Shown in pieces: positions 1 to 6,931 of a stretch of 10,927 nt of DNA. How positions within the stretch are numbered: position 1 is the first letter of the stretch; each line of letters opens with the position of its first letter. The position numbers were made by a program, and so were the translations under genes. Source of the DNA: Armatimonadota bacterium. Lineage in GTDB: Bacteria; Sysuimicrobiota; Sysuimicrobiia; Sysuimicrobiales; Humicultoraceae. The stretch spans positions 1-10,927 of the forward strand of contig JBBIJB010000073.1 of the NCBI GenBank assembly GCA_037446215.1. Direction: 5' to 3'. The notes under the pieces are model-generated. The model ran no database searches. It had not been told where the DNA came from and saw only the letters and a program-made list of their open reading frames with translations.

Positions 1-54
1 AGCCGGGCAGCAGGTGACCGGTGCGCACACCCGTGGGTCGGCTCGGAGTTCTTG

Positions 55-83
55 TTGACGGGGCCCGGGGCTCGGCCTATAAT
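55..83 (+). promoter_or_regulatory. sigma70/SigA-type promoter for the hpt-guaB3-guaA operon
   Basis: TTGACG (55-60), a 17-bp spacer, then a perfect TATAAT (78-83) in very GC-rich DNA. Predicted start is near position 90, followed by SD-like GAGGTG (100-105) and the TTG start at 116. Confidence 0.85.
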
Positions 84-115
84 GGCGAAAACCCCACGCG
101 AGGTGAAGGTTCCCC

Positions 116-661
116 TTGCCCCTGGCAGATGATGTCGCCGAGGTTCTGATCCCGGAGGAGGCCCTCCAGGGTCGAATCCGGGAGCTGGGAGAGCAGATCT
201 CGCACGAGTACGACGGCAAGGAACCTCTTCTGGTAGGCATCCTGACGGGTGCCTTCGTGTTTCTCTCCGACCTGCTGCGCTACGTGAAGATCCCCTGCCA
301 CGTGGACTTCATGGCCACCGCTTCCTACGGCGGCGGGACCGAGAGCAGCGGCATCGTCAGGATCCTCAAGGACCTCAACCAGACGATCGAAGGACGCCAT
401 GTCCTGATCGTCGAGGACATCATCGACACCGGACTCACCATGGACTACCTGCTGGAAACGCTCAAGGCCCGTTATCCGGCCTCGTTACGCGTCTGTGCCC
501 TCCTGGACAAGCGCCCCCGCCGCCGCCGCGAGGTCCCGATCGACTTCCCGGGCTTCGAGATCCCGGACAAGTTCGTGATCGGGTACGGCCTCGACTACGA
601 CGGCCGGTACCGCAACCTGCCGTTCATCGGCGTGCTGAAACCAGAGCTGTACGGCGCGTGA
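116..661 (+). CDS. hpt: hypoxanthine(-guanine) phosphoribosyltransferase
   Basis: 181 aa, TTG start. Has the type I PRT PRPP-binding loop VLIVEDIIDTGLT, the SYGGGTESSG flexible loop and the C-terminal FVIGYGLDYDGRYRNLP signature. Confidence 0.97.
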   Translation: MPLADDVAEVLIPEEALQGRIRELGEQISHEYDGKEPLLVGILTGAFVFLSDLLRYVKIPCHVDFMATASYGGGTESSGIVRILKDLNQTIEGRHVLIVEDIIDTGLTMDYLLETLKARYPASLRVCALLDKRPRRRREVPIDFPGFEIPDKFVIGYGLDYDGRYRNLPFIGVLKPELYGA

Positions 662-704
662 TCAGCATGCGTGGAGAGCTCCACCCCGGGAGAGGTGAGC
701 GCCC

Positions 705-1919
705 GTGAGCAGAGTGATGCAACCGACTGAGGTCCGGCGCCCTCCCGACGTCGAGCGGGGAGGCGAGCTGTTGGGGCTGGGCCGGCGGGTCAGGCGCACC
801 TACAGTTTCGACGACATAGCCCTGGCACCGGCCGCCTCGACCCTCGACCCGGACGACGTGGACTGCTCGTGGCAGGTCGGCTCCCACCTCTTCAGGCTCC
901 CCTTCGTGGCCTCGGCGATGGACAGCGTGGTGGACGTGAGGACCGCGGCGGCGCTCGGCACCCTGGGCGGCCTTGCGGTCCTGAACCTCGAAGGCCTCCA
1001 GACCCGCTACGCCGATCCCGAGGAGCCCCTCTCGGCGATCGCCGCGGCAGACCCCGATGCCGTTGTTGCGCTGCTGCAGCGCCTCTACGGCGCCCCGATC
1101 AGGGACGAGTTGGTTGCTGCCCGCATCGGCGCGATCAAGGCTTCCGGCGAAGCCGCCGCGGTCTCGGTGACGCCCGCCGGGGCAGCGCGCCTGGCCGCCC
1201 TCGCAGAGGAGGCGGGCGCCGACATCCTGCTCGTTCAGTCGACCGTTGTGACGGAGGAGCACCGCTCCGCCGGGGGGAGGAGGCTCTCCCTACGAGAACT
1301 GACCTCGGCCTCGCGGCTGCCCGTGATGGCCGGGAACTGCGTGGGCTACGCGCCCGCCCTCCGGCTGCTGGAATCCGGGGTGGCCGCGCTCTTCGTGGGG
1401 GTCGGGCCCGGCGCGGCGTGCACCAGCAGGAGGGTGCTTGGGATCGGCGTGCCGCAGGCAACCGCGATCTGCGACGTTGCGGCGGCACGCGACGAGTTCC
1501 AAAGGCGCACCGGAAGGTACGTCCCGATCGCGGCGGACGGCGGCATAGCCACGGGCGGGGAGGTAGCGAAGGCGATCGCGTGCGGGGCGGACGCGGTGAT
1601 GCTGGGTTCGGCGCTCGCCCGCGCCGCCGAGGCCCCGGGCCGCGGCTACCACTGGGGGATGGCCGCGCCGCACGCGTTCCTGCCGCGGGGCACCAGGATA
1701 AGGGTGGGCTCGACCGGAACGCTTCGGCAGATAGTGCTGGGCCCGGCCACCGTCGACGACGGCACCCACAACCTGGCGCTGGCGCTTCGCACAGCGATGG
1801 GGCTGTGCGGGGCGGGGACGATACGCGAGATGCACGCCGCCGAGCTCGTGCTGGCGCCCGCCCTGCAATCCGAGGGGAAGGCCGTCCAGTTCAGCCAGCG
1901 GGTGGGGCAGGGGCGCTGA
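705..1919 (+). CDS. guaB3: IMP dehydrogenase family protein, GuaB3 type (no CBS/Bateman domain)
   Basis: 404 aa, GTG start after SD GAGAGGTGA (690-698), with an alternative ATG at 717. Motifs: [32 protein letters not shown] (GuaB3-typical), catalytic loop [11 protein letters not shown] (Cys at 1419-1421), [24 protein letters not shown]. Confidence 0.92.
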   Translation: MSRVMQPTEVRRPPDVERGGELLGLGRRVRRTYSFDDIALAPAASTLDPDDVDCSWQVGSHLFRLPFVASAMDSVVDVRTAAALGTLGGLAVLNLEGLQTRYADPEEPLSAIAAADPDAVVALLQRLYGAPIRDELVAARIGAIKASGEAAAVSVTPAGAARLAALAEEAGADILLVQSTVVTEEHRSAGGRRLSLRELTSASRLPVMAGNCVGYAPALRLLESGVAALFVGVGPGAACTSRRVLGIGVPQATAICDVAAARDEFQRRTGRYVPIAADGGIATGGEVAKAIACGADAVMLGSALARAAEAPGRGYHWGMAAPHAFLPRGTRIRVGSTGTLRQIVLGPATVDDGTHNLALALRTAMGLCGAGTIREMHAAELVLAPALQSEGKAVQFSQRVGQGR

Positions 1920-1921
1920 CC

Positions 1922-3469
1922 GTGGCCAGACCCCAGGCGGGCGCGCGGCCCGTGGTCGTCCTCGACTTCGGAGCGCAGTACGCCCAGCTGATAGCGCGTC
2001 GGATCCGCGAGAGCCGCGTATACAGCGTGATCCTTCCCTTCGACACGCCCCTGCGGGAGTTGCTCGCGCAAGACCCCCTGGGGATCGTACTGTCCGGAGG
2101 CCCGGCAAGCGTCTACGAGCCCGGCGCCCCTCAAGCCGACCCGGCGCTGTTCGAAGCCGGGATTCCGGTGCTTGGGATATGCTATGGAATGCAGTTGATG
2201 GCTCAGGCGATGGGAGGCACCACCGGGGCCTCGGGCCACCGCGAGTACGGCCGCACCCGTCTCTTCGTCACCGACGGCGGCGACCTGTTCTCGGGGCTGG
2301 AGCCCCGCCTCATCTGCTGGATGAGCCACGGCGACTCGGTCGGAGAGCTTCCCCCGGGGTTCGATGTCCTCGCCCACACCGACCGTAACCCGGTGGCCGC
2401 GATCGCGGACCGCTCGCGCCGGCTCTACGGGCTGCAGTTCCACCCGGAGGTCTCGCACACTCCCTGGGGGATCGAGGTCCTGCGCAACTTCCTCTACGGG
2501 GTGTGCGGCTGCGAGCCCGCCTGGACCATGGCCTCGTTCATCGACAAGAGCGTCGGCGCGATCCGAGGGCAGGTGGGAGGCGGCCGGGCGGTGTGCGGGC
2601 TGTCGGGCGGCGTCGACTCGGCGACCGCGGCGGCGCTGGTGCACCGCGCCATAGGAGATCAGCTTACCTGCATCTTCGTCGACCACGGGCTGCTGCGGAA
2701 GGACGAGCCCGAACAGGTCGTGGCCACCTTCAAGGATACCTTCCAGGTGCCGCTGGTGCACGTCGACGCCCGCACGCGGTTCCTGGGGAGGCTCGCCGGC
2801 GTCACCGACCCCGAGCAGAAGCGTAAGGCGATAGGCGCGGAGTTCGTGCGGGTCTTCGAGGAGGAGGCCCAGCGGCTGGGCGAGGTCGAGTTCCTGGTGC
2901 AGGGGACGCTCTACCCGGACGTGATCGAGAGCGGAACGCGCACCGCCTCCCGGATAAAGACCCACCACAACGTAGGCGGCCTGCCGGAGGTGATGCGGCT
3001 GCGCCTCGTGGAGCCGTTCCGCGACCTCTTCAAGGACGAGGTCCGGGAGGTGGCACGCCATCTGGGCCTGCCCGACCGCATGGTCGTCCGCCACCCGTTC
3101 CCGGGTCCCGGGCTGGCGGTGCGGATCCTCGGCGAGGTCACCTCCGAGAGGCTGGAGCTGCTGCGCGAGGCTGATGCCATCGTGCTCGACGAGCTTCGGG
3201 AGGCCGGCCTGATGCTTGAGATCTGGCAGGCGTTCGGGGTGCTGCTTCCCGTCCACACGGTGGGGGTGATGGGCGACGCCAGGACCTACGGCCACGTGGT
3301 CGTGGTGAGGGCCGTCACCAGCGAGGACGGCATGACCGCCGACTGGGCCCGGCTGCCCGAGGGCGTGCTGGAGTCGATCGCCAGCCGCGTCACCCGCGAG
3401 GTCCCGGGGGTGACGCGGGTCGTCTACGACATAACAAGCAAGCCCCCCGCGACCATAGAGTGGGAGTAG
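1922..3469 (+). CDS. guaA: GMP synthase (glutamine-hydrolysing)
   Basis: The likely start is GTG at 1922, 2 nt after the guaB3 stop, giving 515 aa. Motifs: [15 protein letters not shown], class I GATase GICYG and FHPE, ATP-pyrophosphatase [25 protein letters not shown], and C-terminal [10 protein letters not shown]. Confidence 0.97.
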   Translation: MARPQAGARPVVVLDFGAQYAQLIARRIRESRVYSVILPFDTPLRELLAQDPLGIVLSGGPASVYEPGAPQADPALFEAGIPVLGICYGMQLMAQAMGGTTGASGHREYGRTRLFVTDGGDLFSGLEPRLICWMSHGDSVGELPPGFDVLAHTDRNPVAAIADRSRRLYGLQFHPEVSHTPWGIEVLRNFLYGVCGCEPAWTMASFIDKSVGAIRGQVGGGRAVCGLSGGVDSATAAALVHRAIGDQLTCIFVDHGLLRKDEPEQVVATFKDTFQVPLVHVDARTRFLGRLAGVTDPEQKRKAIGAEFVRVFEEEAQRLGEVEFLVQGTLYPDVIESGTRTASRIKTHHNVGGLPEVMRLRLVEPFRDLFKDEVREVARHLGLPDRMVVRHPFPGPGLAVRILGEVTSERLELLREADAIVLDELREAGLMLEIWQAFGVLLPVHTVGVMGDARTYGHVVVVRAVTSEDGMTADWARLPEGVLESIASRVTREVPGVTRVVYDITSKPPATIEWE

Positions 3470-3472
3470 GGT

Positions 3473-3501
3473 TTGCCGAGATCCCTCGCCGCCGATATAG
3501 T
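3473..3501 (+). promoter_or_regulatory. putative sigma70-type promoter for pcrA
   Basis: TTGCCG (3473-3478), a 17-bp spacer, then TATAGT (3496-3501) within the 44-bp guaA-pcrA spacer. The ATG follows at 3514. Confidence 0.6.
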
Positions 3502-3513
3502 TGACGGCGGACC

Positions 3514-6500
3514 ATGGACCTTCTATCGGGACTGAACCCCCCTCAGCGCCAGGCGGTCACCCATCCCGGCGGCCCCCTGCTCATACTCGCGGGTGCGGGC
3601 TCGGGCAAGACCCGCGTTCTCACCCACCGCATCGCATACCTGATCAGAACCCGCCGGGTCTCCCCACGACGGATCCTGGCGGTCACCTTCACGAACAAGG
3701 CCGCGGGCGAGATGCGAGAGCGTGTGGGGACCCTGCTCGGAGGGCCCGTCGCGCGCGACATCTGGATCGGCACCTTCCACGCGATCTGCAGCCGCATCCT
3801 GCGCGTCGACGGCGAGCGCGTCGGAGTAGGCCCCAACTTCGTGATCTACGACGAGGAGGAGCAGCGCAAGGTGATCCGCGACTCCGCCGCACGGCTGGGG
3901 TTGGACGAGCGGCGCTACCCGCCGGCGGCGCTCCACGCGATGATAGGGCGCGCCAAGGACGAGGCGGTCGGCGCGGCCTCCTACGCGGCCCGGGCCTCCA
4001 ACTTCATGGAGGAAGCCGCGGCGCGCGTCTGGCTGCTCTACCAGGAGGAGTTGCGGAAGCGAGGGGCGCTCGACTTCGACGACCTGCTCTGCGAGACGCT
4101 GCGGCTGTTCGACGGGCACCCGGACGTGCTGCGCCACTACCAGGAACGGTTCGAGCACGTGCTGGTGGACGAGTACCAGGACACCAACCACGTCCAGTAC
4201 CTGCTGGTGCGGTCAATCGGCGGGCTGCACCGCAACGTGACAGTGGTGGGAGACGACGACCAGTGCATTGTGGCCGGTACGCCGATCCACCGTTTAGGCG
4301 GTACATCCCCCATCGAGTCCCTTGAGGAGGGGGCGGGTGTCATGGCGGCCTGCGGCGGTGGCCGCCTGGCGCCCGCGGCCTCCGCAGCGCCGCTGGAGCG
4401 CCACTACGACGGGCACGTCGTGACGGTGCGCACCCTCGGCGGCCACCGCCTCACCGCTACCCCAAACCACCTCGTCTTCGGGCGTCTCGTGCCGCGAGAG
4501 GATCTTCACTACGTCTACTTGATGCACAGGCGCGGCAAGGGCTACCGGATCGGACGTACCCGAGGCATGCGCTCCCGGCGACCCGGCGGTGTTGATTGCG
4601 GGCTTGGCCTCCGACTGAACGGCGAGGTAGCCGACCGCCTGTGGGTGATAGCGGCCACGCCGGATGAAGCAGAGGCGGCGTGTCTGGAGCAGCTCTACGC
4701 CTTCACACACGGCATACCCACCACGGTATTCCACGTGCGCGGGCGGAGGATGCAGATGTCTCAGCATCACGTCGACCGGGTCTTCGGCGGGATCGACACC
4801 GAGGCCCGCGCCCACTGCCTGCTCGCGGAGCTCGGTATGCTTCCCGAGTACCCTCACCTTCGCGCGGGTGCCGTGGTCAGGGGTCAGAGCGCGCGACGGC
4901 TCGTGCACTTCACTATGTTTGGTGATCGCAGGGTCTACCTCAACCGTCCGTGGGCCGATCACCGCATCCAGCTCGTGACCTCGGGAGCGGGGACACGCGC
5001 CCGGGTGAACGAGCACTACCAGACACGGGAGAGCCGCGCGACGGTCTGGCGTGTCGAGACCGCCCGCAGGGACTACGATACGGGTTGGCACATGGCCCGC
5101 CACCTCGCCGCCCTCGTGGAGGGCGAGCCCGTACTTCGGGCGTGCGTGGTCGGGCCGGAGCGGCGCTCCGCCGGATCAGCACCGAGGTACCGGCCCGTGC
5201 ATCAGGTTCTGCCCATTGGCCATCTCCACGAAGGGATGATGCTGGCCGTTGTCCGCGACGGACGCGTCGTCGAGGACGAGGTGGTCTCGCGGGTCATGGA
5301 GCCCTACAGCGGACCAGTGTACGACTTAGACGTTCGGGATCTCCGCACATACATCGCCGGCGGCGTGCTAGTTCACAACTCGATCTACCGGTGGCGAGGG
5401 GCCGACGTCCGCAACATCCTGGAGTTCGAGCGCGACTACCCCGACGCCGCCGTGGTCACCCTGGCCCAGAACTACCGCTCGACCCGCAACATCCTGGACG
5501 CGGCCAGCGCCGTCATCAAGAACAACCCGCACAGGCATGCCAAGGAGCTGTGGACGGGAAACGAGGAGGGCGCCCCCGTCCTGGTCTACGAGGCGGCAGA
5601 CGGCTCGGAAGAGGCGCGCTTCGTGGTCGAGCAGGTGAAGGAGACGGCCGCCGGGGGACTGCGCTTGCGGGAGATGGCGGTTCTCTATCGGACCAACGCG
5701 CAGTCGCGCCTCCTCGAGGAGGAGTGCCTGAGGGCGGGCGTGCCCTACCAGATCGTAGGCGGCGTCCGCTTCTACGAGCGCAAGGAGATAAAGGACCTGC
5801 TCGCGTACCTGCGCCTGGCCGTGGCGCCCGAGGACGAGGCGAGCCTGCGCAGGGCGGTGGCCGCGCCCCGGAGGGGAATTGGAGAGATAACCCTCGCGCG
5901 CCTGGCCTCCTATGCCGCGGCGGCCGGGTGCGGGTTGCTGGAGGCGATGCGAAGGCCGGAGGCGCTGGAGGGGCACTCGCGGGGCGCCTCCGGCGCGGTC
6001 GCCGAGTTCGTAGGCATCGTCGACGGCCTCACCGAGCAGGCCGGGTCGCTCCCGGCGAGCCAGGTGATAGCGAGGGCGATCTCACAGACCGGCTACGGCG
6101 CCATGCTCGAGGCGGAGGGCACCGAGGAGGCGTTGGGCCGGCTCGAGAATCTCCGAGAGCTCGCCAGCGTAGCGCGCGAGGTGGAAGAGTCCACCGGCGA
6201 GCCGCACCTCGCCGCCTTCCTGCAGCATCTCGCGCTGGTCTCCGACGTCGACACCTACAGAGACGATCTCGACCAGTTGACCCTGATGACGCTGCACAGC
6301 GCCAAGGGGCTCGAGTTCCAGGCCGTCTTCTTCACCGGGCTCGAGGAGGGGCTCTGCCCGCATGCGAGGGCGATGGAGGAGGAGGGGGGGCTCGAGGAGG
6401 AGAGGCGGCTCTGCTACGTGGGCTTCACCAGGGCGAAGACGCGCCTGCTTCTGACGCACGCCCTCGTGCGCGCGACCTTCGGCAGCCCGATGATGACGGT

Positions 6501-6822
6501 GCGCTCGCGGTTCCTGGACGAGATCCCGCAGGAACGGGTGGCGGAGGCGAGGAGCAGCCGCGCGCGCGCCTGGGATGCGGCCCTTCCGTGGCGCGGTCGC
6601 CCCGGGTGGGCTTCCGCCGCTACGGGCTCGGGAGGGGGCGGCACCGGGCCTGCGTCGCCGCTGCCGGACCTCGAGGTCGGCGACCGGGTCAGGCATGCCA
6701 GGTTCGGGGACGGAGAGGTGCTCGAGGTCGAGGGCGAGGGGGGCGGCGCAATAGTCACCGTGAGGTTCGCCGGTGCCGTCAAGCGGCTGGCCCTCGGCTA
6801 CGCACCGATGGAGCGCCTGTAG
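3514..6822 (+). CDS. pcrA: ATP-dependent DNA helicase PcrA/UvrD (SF1A), intein-containing precursor of 1102 aa (730 aa after splicing)
   Basis: Q motif LNPPQ, Walker A LAGAGSGKT, Ia VTFTNKAA, II LVDEYQDTN, III VGDDDQ/SIYRWRGA (split by the intein), IV LAQNYRST, LYRTNAQSR, V LMTLHSAKGLEF, VI EEERRLCYVGFTRA. A Gly-rich linker precedes the C-terminal Tudor-like domain VGDRVRHARFGDGEV. Confidence 0.96.
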   Translation: MDLLSGLNPPQRQAVTHPGGPLLILAGAGSGKTRVLTHRIAYLIRTRRVSPRRILAVTFTNKAAGEMRERVGTLLGGPVARDIWIGTFHAICSRILRVDGERVGVGPNFVIYDEEEQRKVIRDSAARLGLDERRYPPAALHAMIGRAKDEAVGAASYAARASNFMEEAAARVWLLYQEELRKRGALDFDDLLCETLRLFDGHPDVLRHYQERFEHVLVDEYQDTNHVQYLLVRSIGGLHRNVTVVGDDDQCIVAGTPIHRLGGTSPIESLEEGAGVMAACGGGRLAPAASAAPLERHYDGHVVTVRTLGGHRLTATPNHLVFGRLVPREDLHYVYLMHRRGKGYRIGRTRGMRSRRPGGVDCGLGLRLNGEVADRLWVIAATPDEAEAACLEQLYAFTHGIPTTVFHVRGRRMQMSQHHVDRVFGGIDTEARAHCLLAELGMLPEYPHLRAGAVVRGQSARRLVHFTMFGDRRVYLNRPWADHRIQLVTSGAGTRARVNEHYQTRESRATVWRVETARRDYDTGWHMARHLAALVEGEPVLRACVVGPERRSAGSAPRYRPVHQVLPIGHLHEGMMLAVVRDGRVVEDEVVSRVMEPYSGPVYDLDVRDLRTYIAGGVLVHNSIYRWRGADVRNILEFERDYPDAAVVTLAQNYRSTRNILDAASAVIKNNPHRHAKELWTGNEEGAPVLVYEAADGSEEARFVVEQVKETAAGGLRLREMAVLYRTNAQSRLLEEECLRAGVPYQIVGGVRFYERKEIKDLLAYLRLAVAPEDEASLRRAVAAPRRGIGEITLARLASYAAAAGCGLLEAMRRPEALEGHSRGASGAVAEFVGIVDGLTEQAGSLPASQVIARAISQTGYGAMLEAEGTEEALGRLENLRELASVAREVEESTGEPHLAAFLQHLALVSDVDTYRDDLDQLTLMTLHSAKGLEFQAVFFTGLEEGLCPHARAMEEEGGLEEERRLCYVGFTRAKTRLLLTHALVRATFGSPMMTVRSRFLDEIPQERVAEARSSRARAWDAALPWRGRPGWASAATGSGGGGTGPASPLPDLEVGDRVRHARFGDGEVLEVEGEGGGAIVTVRFAGAVKRLALGYAPMERL
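4264..5379 (+). mobile_element. intein (1116 bp, 372 aa) in PcrA motif III, carrying a ~240-aa internal domain with a GIY-YIG-like motif
   Basis: In-frame insertion between VGDDDQ and SIYRWRG. Block A CIVAGTPI starts with Cys1 and block B is LTATPNHLVF (TxxH at 4459-4470). Block F is GPVYDLDV and block G is GVLVHN followed by Ser+1 (5380-5382). Removing it restores the canonical motif GDDDQSIYRWRGA. Confidence 0.96.
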
Positions 6823-6915
6823 GGCGGCGGGCGCTGGAGGAGATTGCCGCGCACAGGAGTAAATTATTGGAACCCGGCGGCGTGCCGTGCTCGGGGGTCG
6901 CGGGGGAGAAAGCCC

Positions 6916-6923
6916 AAGGAGGT
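6916..6923 (+). promoter_or_regulatory. strong Shine-Dalgarno site for the solute-binding protein gene
   Basis: AAGGAGGT lies 8 nt upstream of the ATG at 6932. Confidence 0.8.
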
Positions 6924-6931
6924 AGCGGGAG

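Noticed and set aside
1..58. Possible 3' end of an upstream gene such as tilS (a frame ending at TGA 56-58)
   Set aside because: It is too short and has no recognisable motif.
84..115. Possible purine riboswitch ahead of the purine operon
   Set aside because: The predicted leader is only about 26 nt, too short for the aptamer, and has no consensus purine riboswitch sequence.
671..684. Small inverted repeat GTGGAG-AG-CTCCAC between hpt and guaB3
   Set aside because: It is short, has no U-tract and could arise by chance, so no function can be supported.
869..1921. 351-codon N-terminal extension of the 866-aa ORF, which could suggest a GuaA fusion or a guaB3-guaA frameshift product
   Set aside because: It is an Arg/Gly/Pro-rich off-frame reading of guaB3, expected in high-GC DNA. 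GuaA homology starts at GTG 1922, guaB3 is complete with its own stop, and I see no slippery site.
1646..3295. 549-aa antisense ORF and the other long minus-strand ORFs (e.g. 3523-4191, 4294-5103, 6082-7047, 9601-10881)
   Set aside because: They lie opposite well-supported genes and have no recognisable motifs. They are explained by the scarcity of stop codons under strong GC3 bias.
4264..5379. Alternative reading of the pcrA insert as a group I/II intron or IS element
   Set aside because: The insert is in frame and stop-free, with complete intein splice motifs at both ends. There are no terminal inverted repeats, target duplication, transposase or reverse transcriptase motifs.
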